DNA from: Chlorokybus atmophyticus
Lineage: Eukaryota; Plantae; Mesostigma and Chlorokybus algae
Length of the DNA: 64,000 nucleotides
Direction of reading: 5' to 3'
NCBI GenBank assembly: GCA_009103225.1
Contig: RHPI01001259.1
Coordinates: 1 to 64,000 of the forward strand
In this document: piece after piece, positions 24,193 through 34,700 of the stretch
Numbering within the stretch: the first letter of the stretch is position 1
How the letters are laid out: the number at the start of each line of letters is the position of its first letter
Made by a program: the position numbers and the translations under genes
The notes under the pieces: generated by a model
The model's database searches: none
What the model saw: the letters and a program-made list of their open reading frames with translations, nothing else
What the model was told of the DNA's origin: nothing

Positions 24193-25624
24193 ATGCCGCC
24201 AAAGAGGCGGGCCGCGGCTGCTGGTGGGCAGGGCGGCCGGAAGAAAAAGGCCGCTCAAGCTACGCAGCCTGAGCAGGCCGCTGGAGGTGAAGAAGCGGCC
24301 GACGAGGGGCCGACCAGCGAGGCCAGCCCAAGGCGTGCGCGCAAGGCTACGCAGGCTACGCAGGCTACGCAGCCTGCTGCGCCGCTAGCTACACGGCCGC
24401 CGCCAACGTCACGCGCGGACAAAAGGCACGACGCTGTGACGCTGGCTCAGGGCGTAACGCTGGAAGGCGCTGCACAGCCTTCAGCGCTCGCTGTGGAGCT
24501 GCCCAAGGTGCCACGGCTTCGGCGCAGCAGAGGGGAGACCTCCTCCTCTTCAGATGAGGAGGAGGAGGTGAACAAAAAGAAAAGAGACAAGAAGAAGAAC
24601 AAGAAGAGAAAGAAGAAGAAGGCGAAGACAATCACGTCATCCTCGTCTTCAACTTCCTCATCGTCATTCAGTTCTGATGAGGACAGCTCCGACTCTGGGG
24701 ACAAACATACCAAGTACATCAAGCACACAGGCTTCATCAAGCCCATGTCCAGACAATCGGACGTATGCCTTGTGGGAAGAGTATCGCACGCGCAACCTCT
24801 CCACAGGCGTGAAGGGCTGCTTCGAGGCAATCGGTCGCGCCCTCTTCACAGGTCCTCCAGCTGCGCAGTTGGTGTCTTTTCTGTATCAGATGCTGCTCAC
24901 GCACGTGCACGGTAGTGTCGACTTTGCCACAGCCTTTGCGACCGGGGCACGGGGTATCATTAACGATGCCCGCATCGATCGCAAGCACAAGGAAGCCAAG
25001 GTCATCCGCCGCCTGACAAAGCTCGCCAACAGCTTCCAGGGCAAGGCAGCAATGCAGAAAGCCAAGACCTCCATTCCTCAGTAAGTCTACTGTTCATCTG
25101 AGAAGTTGGCTCATGAGAATGCACAATGTGTGCATGCAATCTGCGCAGCAGCTGCTCAACTATAATGGTGCAATGCGCGCCTGTTCATGGACATGCACAA
25201 TGAGTGCATGCAGTCTGCTCGGCAGCTGCTCAACTATAATGGTGCAATGCGCGCCTGTTCATGAACATGCACAATGTGTGCATGCAGTCTGCTCAGCAGC
25301 TGCTCAATTGTTATGGTGCAATGCGCGCCTGTTCAATAACTTGCACAATGTGCGCATACAGCATGCACGCCGGTTGAAGCCAGATATACATGGTGCTACG
25401 CGCGCCTATACGTCAATATGCACATTGAGTGCATAACATACACACATCACTTGCAGTGTCATGTCAATTGTGCAGTGCACGCCGCGTTGACGCAATTGTG
25501 CGCATGCAGGCGCTCTGTCACAGAAGAGGGGAACACCCAGTTCCTGCCACAGCGTGGTCGAGGTCGCGATTACGGCCGTGGCGGTCGCGGAGGTTATGGT
25601 CACGGAGGAGGCTACTATGCTTAG
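24193..25624 (+). CDS. ORF1 (gag-like) of the YR element, with one frameshift, one intron and an RGG-rich tail
   Basis: Basic/acidic low-complexity N-terminus, then a +1 shift near 24740. GT-AG intron 25081-25509 splices in frame (IPQ|RSVTEEG…RGRGRDYGRGGRGGYG). Confidence 0.7.
25119..25355. repeat. 74-bp tandem minisatellite (3 copies plus a partial) inside the ORF1 intron
   Basis: The unit atgcacaatgtgtgcatgca…gcgcgcctgttcatg starts at 25119, 25193, 25267 and 25341. Confidence 0.9.
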
Positions 25625-25941
25625 CAGGCAGCACCCGCTCCACAGGATGTTGCCTACTATGTGCCTGTGCAAGAGCAGCCCCGCCTAGCCTTGCAGCAGT
25701 GAGTGGTGCCACTAGTCACGCGCGAGTAGCGCATAAGCAATGCATGTCTGAAGGTGGCCATGTGTATCATAGCAAGTGCGCATGTATGCATGTACGTGCG
25801 CATATGCGCGTGTCTGTGTGTCTCGATGATGATGTATCATAATGTACATGACTCAGAGTGCAGCTCTTGACTGTCGTTACAATACCTACAGGAATTACAT
25901 GTCCAGTACATTGCAACTAGCTTCATGCTAAAGGTGCACCC

Positions 25942-28286
25942 TTGCACAGTATAACCGAGTTGCATGTGCGCAGATGTAGCACATATGACGAAGTTGTTGC
26001 TATTAGCGACATTGATGAGGATGATTGCATACAAGATGAGTGGGATCCTGCAATGCCAGCATTGGCAATAGACCCTTTGTCCCCACCAGAGGCATACATT
26101 GACGTCATTCCACAAGTGAAACGCACTGTTGAAGTCATACCTGCTGAACAACAATGCAGCGACATTCGCTCCGTATATGCGGAGCTGTCACAGGTGACAA
26201 ATGGTTTGGAAGAATGTCCCACCTCAGCAATGCAATGGGCAGAGCAACTACGCGCAGACACTTTGGATGCGGACAACTTTGTGGCAGCTTCTTTGCAGCA
26301 GCGGATAACCGCTTGGGCCACCTGGTTGCAACTGACTATGCAAGGCAAGAAGAGCTTTGTGCTGGATTGGTTGCGTGACGGGTATCGCTTACAATGGGTA
26401 GGCACTCAAGCATCTGATACACGCAAGTGGGACGAAGTGCAAGCACTGTTGAAGGCCGAAGGCTTTGGAGATAATGATATTACAGCCATGCTGTCACGCA
26501 ATTCACCAACACCAGTTGTGTTTCGAAATCGCAAGTCCGCTTCCATACATGGCAGTTATGTTGTCAGTGAATTGGCCAATTTGGTGAAAACAGGAGCAAT
26601 TTCTGTTGTTGATGCCAGTGATGTGGCAGTAGTCACTGGCATAGGTGTGGTGGAACAAGAAAAGCGTTTGAGGCTCTGAGATACATCAACCTCTTTTTGC
26701 GCCACATTCCCTTCAGCTATGAGCGGTTGCGCGATGTGTTGTTATACACCAAGCGTCATTTCTGGCAAGTTACCGCAGATCTCAAGTCAGGCTATCATCA
26801 TGTGCCCATTCACAAAGACAGTAAGCCTTACTTGGCTCTGCGCTTTGCTGGGGTCACCTACAGGTGGAATGTACTGCCGTTTGGCCTGACTTAAGCCTGC
26901 TGGCTGTTTACAACCTTGATGTCGACTGTGTTCACGCCTTTGCGGGCAATGGGTTTTCCTTGCCTTGCTTATATTGACGACATGCACTTCAGCCATTCCA
27001 ATCGTTGGCATTTGTGTTGGCGCCGCGCGCCGCGTGGCCGCGTGCTGCGTCTTTTGAAGTTGCTTGGGATATTTGTCTCTGTGAAGAAAAGCCAATTGCG
27101 GCCAGAGCAAGTTGTGCAGTTGTTGGGTCCGCTGGTGGACACGGTCACTGGCTCGTTTGTCATACCCGCCAACAAGCTGGCTAAGATATTGCAGTTAATG
27201 AAGGACATCACGCACGCGCCTGTACTGACCAAGCGTTACTTCGCACGCATTGCTGGCAAACTCATTGCGTTGAAGCTCGCATTTGCACCTGCAAGCATTT
27301 ATGCTTGCCACCTGATGGGTCTGGCATTGGCAACAGATGCATGGGATGACAGCATCGGTGATTTGAGCGCCTTCAGACACTTTTGTGATTGGACTGCTGC
27401 GGGCTTGCAGACCTACAATGGCAATGCTTGGTGGAAGCCCCCTGTGCAGCTTGAGCTACATGTGGATGCATCCGGTACAATTGGTTGGGGGGCGACAGGA
27501 CCTTGGCCTCGCATGGCAGGCAACTTCAAGCCTGAGCATATGACACTGCCTTCAGCGGTTAAGGAGGCACTAGCCTATGTGCAAGCATTTACCGAGGTTG
27601 CGCGCGCGTTTCATCTCCAGCACTGTACAGTGCGCATTATTGGCGATTGTCAACCAGCTATACAGATGTTGAACAAGCTGTCTGCATCAGACCCTCAAGT
27701 GCTGCAGGCCTTACATCAATTGTGGTCCTTGTGCTGGGAGCGTGACATAGCGCTGACATGTGTGTGGCGCTCTCGCGATGCACTGCGCAATGCGGACGCA
27801 TTGTCCAAGTTTGTGGATAGAGGGGACTGGTGTCTAACAGCAGATGCAACTGCGCATGTGCAGCAACATGTTGGACAACCGGCGTTGGATTGTTTTGCAG
27901 CCGATTGGAACAGCAAAACACCCGCTTATTTCAGCTACATACACATGCCTGGAAGTTTGGGAAATGCTCTAACTACAAACTGGCGTGACGTTCTTCAGCG
28001 CTTGGGTGGCGGCTTTGTTTGGTGTCACCCGCCATTGGCTCTCCTGAATGAAGCCATAGCATTATTGCAGTACTATCAGCTACCAGCTATGGTGTTGGTG
28101 CCTGAATGGCACTCTGCTGTGTGGTGGCCAGTATTTCACAATTGGCAATTCAGTTATTTTGAGAGGTTGGGCTCAAAACCTGAGTGGTTTCAAAGGGGTG
28201 CGCGAGTACCCGCAAACAGCATCAACCCTGGACGCTACCCATACATTTGTGCTTTTGTGCATTGGGTAAGCATACCTCTCATGTAA
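25942..28286 (+). pseudogene. YR-element pol: RT, RNase H and Dam-like N6-adenine methyltransferase domain
   Basis: TADLKSGYHHV, NVLPFGL and LAYIDD (RT); LHVDASG…EALA…IIGDCQ…NADALSK (RNase H); LDCFAADWN…VWCHPP…VLVPEW (MT). Two lesions: a frameshift near 26677 and TAA at ~26892. Confidence 0.92.
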
Positions 28287-29432
28287 ATAACGATGCATGA
28301 TAACAGGACCTCTCCATGTGCCTTGAGCTTGTATTTCTTCCAGGGTGACACCGGCATGAAAGGCACTCTGTGCAGCACCACGCCGAAAGGAATGCAACCC
28401 CAGGTGCGGCCTATAAATGCCACATGCCTTGCAGCAACGCACGAAGGCATGATAAGCACAATTGCCTGACATGCAGTGTTCTTCCCATTTCGACCTATTC
28501 TTTGCAACAGGTCGGAATAAAGGACCAGCAGTGATGGCAAATGAGCTGTTGCGACAATATGTCAGATAGGCGTAGAGCACTTCAGAGAACTCCACAGGGA
28601 GACCACTGCTGCGCACTTGTATAGTAGGTGCACCTCCCGTGCTGTAATTTTTCAGATGTGGTAAAGTGGCCGCTAGCCCTGAGCTTGAATCAGCCGCTTG
28701 TATCTTGTGCATTTGTAAACGCGCACCTTCACCACCCCGTTGCCATGTGCACCACAGGTATATGCATAATGTGTAGTCGCGCCAGAGCACAGCCTTGTCA
28801 TGTGTGATAGTAGATGGCTGAGGTATGGTAGACAGCTGTTGCTGGAAGTGGTAGATCAGCGTGCGCATATCATCCATCGGCAGTGGTACAGTAGCAATAG
28901 GTTGCACGCCTTGCCGAGCAGCAATCTTCGCATACCCTTGGCGAAACTCGCGCACGTCTATGGACAGAAGCGGGTTGCCCACAGACCTGTCGCTGTCCCA
29001 AGGGCTGATGCGTCCCAGCAATCTGAAGGAGCATGTGAGATGGGAAATGACATTGTCCAGTGTCGTGCTAGCGATCATGCGATGGCCATGGCGGTCAAGC
29101 CTGCGAGCTTTGCCAATGTGTGTGTCGGTCCAGTGCCCAGCAAGGTAGCTTGTGACAACTGCTGGGGTGACGTTGGCAACAGCAATACTCAGCTCAGGAT
29201 GTTGCAGATAGTTGACAAACTCTTGCCACACGCGATCACGTTGATTGCGAGTCTCATCGCAGACAGCTTCACGGCTGATGCGCTCCACGTCTATCAGCGC
29301 TGCCGCAGCTCGCTCACGCAGATTACAACTGGTTATTGGTTGAGGACGAATTGCTGCGCGTGCGGTGCGTTGCACATCAGCGGTTTGCTGCAACCGCTGT
29401 GCAAAATCCATCTGCGGACACAGAGAAACCAT
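28173..29432 (-). CDS. Tyrosine recombinase, antisense to pol, uninterrupted
   Basis: First ATG at 29411. Catalytic set present: WQRGGE (R), LKN (K), HSFRRG (HxxR), GTW (W), HRY (Y). Its 3' end overlaps the pol 3' end by 114 bp. Confidence 0.93.
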   Translation of the reverse strand: MVSLCPQMDFAQRLQQTADVQRTARAAIRPQPITSCNLRERAAAALIDVERISREAVCDETRNQRDRVWQEFVNYLQHPELSIAVANVTPAVVTSYLAGHWTDTHIGKARRLDRHGHRMIASTTLDNVISHLTCSFRLLGRISPWDSDRSVGNPLLSIDVREFRQGYAKIAARQGVQPIATVPLPMDDMRTLIYHFQQQLSTIPQPSTITHDKAVLWRDYTLCIYLWCTWQRGGEGARLQMHKIQAADSSSGLAATLPHLKNYSTGGAPTIQVRSSGLPVEFSEVLYAYLTYCRNSSFAITAGPLFRPVAKNRSKWEEHCMSGNCAYHAFVRCCKACGIYRPHLGLHSFRRGAAQSAFHAGVTLEEIQAQGTWRGPVIMHRYLHERYAYPMHKSTNVWVASRVDAVCGYSRTPLKPLRF

Positions 29433-30288
29433 TACTCAACTACTAAACACAATGACCTTGACTATAACTTTGGCAAGAAACTATACCAAGCTCTACACCT
29501 ATAACCCTTACCTACTAATGTATGCTTGGGAGGGTGCGGTAGAATGTTTGATGCATCTACAGTTGTTCATCGTGTAAACCACAACTATAACGATGAATGC
29601 GTTGCATCGTAGGGCTTAGGTGTTTTTGCCAAAGTTGGACTGTAGGTAGGATTGTTGTTTGCGACAAAAGGAATGTAAATCGCTCATCGTGTGCAAAGTA
29701 GTGTAATGGTCATTACTCGTTGAGGCTGACTATTGGTCAGCTAGATTGAAATAACAAACTGTTAGCCATTTAATTAGTACTAGTTGTTAGCGCTAGGGTT
29801 AATTGACACACACACGTGTCAACTTACTGTTCAATCGCGGCCGTCACCTCAGCGGCGTCGCTGGCGGCGGCGCTAACGGCCGAAAGTTTGCCCTTCCCGC
29901 CCCACCCTGTTGCGCCGCTGCGCCAGACACATGCGCCCAGTCTCGATTGCGCTGGCCAGTGCGTACGCAATTGTTGATCAAACTGAACTGATTGTGAATC
30001 CGAATGCGTTCATGACATGTAACGAAGATCCGGTTCATGCAAACAGCGTGTTTATCACCGTACGTTCGTGTCGTTACATCGACGGTGATACGTGTCATTA
30101 TCAACCACCGTCGGTACGTCCCGAATGTTTGATGCATCTACAGTTGTTCATCGTGTAAACCACATCTATAACGATGAATGCGTTGCATCGTAGGGCTTAG
30201 GTGTTCTTGCCAAAGTTGGACTGTAGGTAGGATTGTTGTTTGCGACAAAAGGAATGTAAATCGCTCATCGTGTGCAAAGTAGTATAAT

Positions 30289-30766
30289 CTCGTAACGGCC
30301 GGCGCGTTCCAGTACCTGGTGCCGCTCACGGGCACGGACTGGGCCCCTGTCCGGCGGGCAACAACCTGGTTTCCGGTGGCACCGACGAGGACGGCACGGA
30401 CCGAAAGGTGTGCGGTTTCGTCACAATGAAGGGGGAGACAATCTACGGCAAGTACAGGGACAACGACACCAAGTGTTATGGTGGCCTCAACCAGAAGGAA
30501 AAGACGAGCACCGAGCCGTTCCTCTTGACCGTGGGCGACAGGTACCAGTGGTCGGACACCAAGCCGGCCGCCGACAAGGCCGTCAAGCCGTGGCTCGGCA
30601 CCACCACGGACACTACGATCTGCCGAGCGCCCAACCAGCAGACGGTGGGCATGTACGTGCCTGGCAAGTACGTGGACAACGTCTGCTATTAGTAATAGCC
30701 TATTACAGCTACAACGGCAAGGAGTACCCGTCGACCAGCGGGAACCAGTTTCTGGCAAAAAAGTAA
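30289..30766 (+). pseudogene. 5'-truncated DM9/DUF3421-like repeat (lectin-like) gene
   Basis: FQYLV…W…PAGNNLVSGGTDEDG…VCGF…GETIYGKY…CYGG…KE, then ICRA…VPGKYVDNVCY..YNGKEY (DM9-type pattern). Intronless, codons strongly G/C-ending. Frameshift near 30347 and a 14-bp insertion at ~30690. Confidence 0.7.
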
Positions 30767-31189
30767 ATACATCTCCCGCTACCTGAGACCAATCTTGCGA
30801 GGTTAATTTTAGGCTAGGGTTTGGGCGGCGGCGGGGTTGGCGGCGGCGGCGGCGGAGGCGTCACTGGTAGGTACTATGGTCACAATGCAAGGGGGTGGGA
30901 GTGCACGCTGAGACTTGCCTGCTTGTGTGCAGCATTGGTATCTTTTGAATCGGTATATATCCAGAGATCTTTTTAAGAGTTATGCACATATCTGTTACTG
31001 CTTTAATTCAACATGGTAATTACTAAGTTTAACCGCTTATCATTAATCTTTGTGCAGTGCTGTGCGTGCAGTGCTGCACACCCTCACATTCGATTACTAC
31101 TCTTCTTATTCCTTTTTTTTTAGCTACCTGCTGGACTGGACTGGACTTGATTGGACTGGACTGGACTGGCCTGGAAGTTTCTGAACGCA

Positions 31190-33030
31190 ATGGCTGACAC
31201 GGACTCAACGTCGATCGCCGCAAGGCTCGCTGATGCCAGACAAGAGAAGCAACGATTGTTCGAACATTATCTGGCAGAGAAGGACACAACACGCGCCGAC
31301 CAGCTACACGGAATGTGGCTAGCAGCGGATGCAGTAGTAAAGGAGCTTGACCGTGAGCTTGCCTGCTTTCGGGCACAAGAGAAAGAGAGCGAGAGAGCAG
31401 TAGAAGCAGCGGCGAGAGCGATAAAAGAAGAAGAGAGAGCGAGAAAGAGACAGAGAGAAGAACAAGATGACGTCCCAGATTAAACGGCACTCCTTCTCGC
31501 TACTATCCAGTGGCCCACGGTAACACCGGCATTCCAAGAGCTCCGCGATATGTTTCAGCGGGGTCCAGTATGCGCTGATGGCTCTCGATTTCGTCTGCCC
31601 GTTGAGAATCATTTCTTCAGAAAAAGTGTTTTGGCTAACCAGTCCCTCACCCAGCGTTTGGCACCAGTTCACGAGTCTAGTGCTTGGACCATGAGTCATC
31701 TGACTACAAGGGCACTAGAGCTATCAAGAGGATTCCAATCGGAGAGTTTTGTAGCCGGTAAGCATTGTGCAGTCTGTTCAGTACACAAGTTTGTGTTTTT
31801 GCTTACTCGGCAAGTCGTGGCGTGTGGCGCAGGTTATGCTGATTCGCTATTCATGGACATGCTTCAACTTTTGTCAGAGAATAACATTGCAAACGGCAGA
31901 GTCAGCATCAGACGCGATACCACTGAGCGTCTCTCACCTTGAAGCGGATGAGACCAGATTTTATGGCATTTGCGGGCGGGGCACTGTTGGTCAAGGGCGA
32001 GGAGAAAGCAGATGCACGCGAATTGAGCATTGCCCAAAGTGAGCTGCAACTCAAGATGGCAAAGTGGAGTGATGCCTACCATGACACGGTGAGATGTGTG
32101 CTTGCGGTGACTTATGCTCATCATAACTGCACGTAACATCATCTGCACTTTTTGCAGGTACAGTATTTGCTGTGCTATGCAGCTGCAGGCTCAGATTGGC
32201 AGACGTGTGCTCTTAAGCGTGGTGACATCAACATTCACGATGTAACCGAGATATCTGACATGACAACCCTCAATGGTAGGATAAATGTGCTTTTGTCCGC
32301 CATGGTTGTTTATGGAATTATCCAATGCCAGATCAAGCAGGTACCCAAAGACTTCACTCCACTGGGCCACAAGTTGGAGCGCTCCCATGGCACGACTATT
32401 GAATACTTTGACAGCTTCATAGAGAAGCGCATCAGGGTCCAGAGCGGGTGCACTTACAGCCACTTGAGACAAGAGTTGCAAAAGTTGCGCAGGATGTTCA
32501 CAGCGGTACGCGACTGTCCGTATGTAGTGCATGCCACGTCAGCCCCCGCTATTAAGAGCGGTTGTTACGTCGTGCACCTAGAGCCTGTTGGCAGCGCGCT
32601 CGACGGACCCGTTCAAGGTACCCGTGAAACGGTTGCAACAGCCATCAAGTGCATTCTCTGCGGCTTGCAAGCACTGCACCGGGAGCGTCGAGGGCATGGA
32701 GACTTGCGTTGGCAGAATGTCGCACTCTTGACTACGAGACAGTACTTCTTCCTTTTTGACATGGAGTTGTCGTTGAACTTGGACCAGCCACCGCCCTATA
32801 CGTTGCGACCGTCTGGATGGGATGGTGACACTGCTCTGGTTAACGGTCAGTACACCGCGGCTTCTGACCTATTCCAATTGGGTCGCATGCTACTGGAAGC
32901 ATTGAGTGCCAATAGCATTGCTGATATGATGGCACATGCTTTAGCAGAGCAATTAATAGCTAAAGCGTTGTCTGTAGAAGACGCGCAACTTCACGACTGG
33001 CTGTGCTTGGGCACGGACATAGTTTTGTAG
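31190..33030 (+). pseudogene. Crinkler/CR-type effector-like gene: coiled coil, PD-(D/E)xK REase-like domain, protein kinase
   Basis: RPDFMAFAGGALLVKGEEK (nuclease-like), then YLLCYAAAG; kinase motifs HLEPVG, ALHRERRGHGDLRWQNV, FLFDME and ASDLFQLG. Stop at 31481 and a frameshift near 31940. The last exon (32158-33030) is open. Confidence 0.75.
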
Positions 33031-33613
33031 TGCTCAACAGCATTAACTGTTTTCCCGGAACTTCATTCTGTTCTGTGCATGGTTGATTCGTGTGCTGCAT
33101 CGACGTAACCTAGGTGTGTGAGCCTTTTCTGAAAAAGTATGACGCTCACAACATGTGGTACGTTACATAATTAATCCAACCAACTCAACAACTAAGAGCA
33201 GCCACCAGTATCCAGCACACCCTACTTTGCAAAGCACACTGGTTTACCACATTTCACCAATCAAGCCGCACACAAGGACACTATCTCCCTCTTCTCCCCT
33301 GGACTCGGCAGCAACTCACTCATCTGAGCTTTCTTTTGTGCGCCTTATTTGTTGAAGCCACTGCTGCAGAGTGCTGCCGGCCACTTGCGTTGACATCAGC
33401 AGTGTTGTTGTTCCTGGCATGAAACAATTGGTGTGACAAGGAGTACGTTGTTTGCAAGGAGGACAAGTTTGTTGAGGGCTGGCAATGCGCAGCTGACTGA
33501 ACACAGCATGGCACAACATCCGATCGGCGATCTCTTGGTGATTGTGGTGTACACGTATGTGTGCTGATGGTTGCGTGTGCGCGCGAGTGCGTGTGTGTGC
33601 GTACGTGTCTCAC

Positions 33614-34700
33614 CAGTGGCGTTTGCGTTCATTGGTGAACCACTTGTTGATCTGATGCAGGCTAAGGCCCGTCTGCGCCTCAAACTTCCGCTTTTTCCTT
33701 TCACTCGGGTACAGCTTCTCCGTTTGCCCCACACACCACTCCTGTCACAAACACACACTGTTGCGGCCCTCACGATCATAACCAAACACGCACCAATACT
33801 CACTTTGAGTATGCGCACGGCCGCAACAGGCAGCTTTCCCAGTTTTTTGGTCTCAGCTTCCCGCTGGAACTCTCCAGCTCAGGCAGAAACTTCTCCTCCA
33901 ACTGGCAAAGGAGAAACAAAACGGACAGGTTGTTCAGTAACTGCGGCATTAGACTATTGATGCAAGTAAGCAACTAAGCAAGCAGTTGACCGCACTTGTG
34001 CAATCACTCACTTACTCATCCAGTCACTGACTGATTCACTCACTCACTCACTCATCCACTTACGCACCTGTCTTCTTGTTGACGCGCTAACACTGCGAAG
34101 CACCATAGCATCGCCCGAGCCCGTGATGTCCAGTCCAGCGTAATCCAATATTGACTGCAAAGCCTCCTTGCTGTCGACACATTCTTCCTGTCTCTTCTTC
34201 CATATGGTGGTTATGTTGTTGCCGTTTCCCTCCTCTTCATCGGTGTTGTCGCCACAACTTTCGCTCAGACGCTCGGTGAACTCGTGCAACTCACGCTCGA
34301 AGCTCACGCAACGCTGTTGCGCCTCGCTCAATTCCCCCTGCAGAGCTCTTGCAAACTCCTCCGTAGCCTTAAAATAGACCTCCTGTGGCAGCAAGACTGC
34401 TCATCACCATAACAAGAGCCATGCATCTGCGCATGCACACATGCAGGCCACTTGCCGCTCTGAGAGGCATATACACAGGCGCACGCACGCACAGGCCTGC
34501 ACGTACGCGTGCGCACCTACACGGACAAGCGCGCGCACACACGCAGTTGTGTGTCATACAGTGCACTTCACCCTTACCACGAATTGGCCTATCGCAGGGT
34601 CATGGTCGAGCAGGTGGGTGTTGTCGTGTATGACGGCGCGCTCGGCCGACCGCAACTGTGCGCGGTACTCTGAGGAAGCACCCATGGACCGGCAAGCAAC
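33614..34700 (-). CDS. Divergent KNOX-like TALE homeobox gene (KNOX1/2, ELK, homeodomain) with one apparent frameshift
   Basis: Exons 34700-34578 (VACRSMGASSEYRAQL…DPAIGQFV), 34382-34068 (EVYFKATEEFARALQGELSEA…), 33901-33804 (LEEKFLPELE/EFQREAETKKLGKLPVAAVRILK) and 33741-33614 (EWCVGQTEKLYPSERKKRKFEAQTGLSLHQINKWFTNERKRHW). All junctions are GT-AG. Frameshift near 33870. Start and last exons not resolved. Confidence 0.82.

Larger units (their letters stand above)
23983..30288 (+). mobile_element. Tyrosine-recombinase retrotransposon with split direct repeats (PAT/kangaroo/TOC-like layout A1-ORFs-B1-A2-spacer-B2)
   Basis: A1 23983-24165 matches A2 29706-29888 (5 mismatches counted in 183 bp). 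B1 29542-29707 matches B2 30123-30288 (3 mismatches in 166 bp). Contains ORF1, RT-RH-MT and an antisense YR. Confidence 0.93.

Noticed and set aside
25119-25355. 74-bp repeats as a possible CRISPR array
   Set aside because: The units are contiguous near-identical copies with no unique spacers, there are no cas genes, and the context is a eukaryotic intron.
3227-30288. IDM1-like anti-silencing gene flanked by two methyltransferase-bearing retrotransposons as one functional system
   Set aside because: The elements are independent insertions with no shared regulatory link visible; adjacency alone is not evidence.
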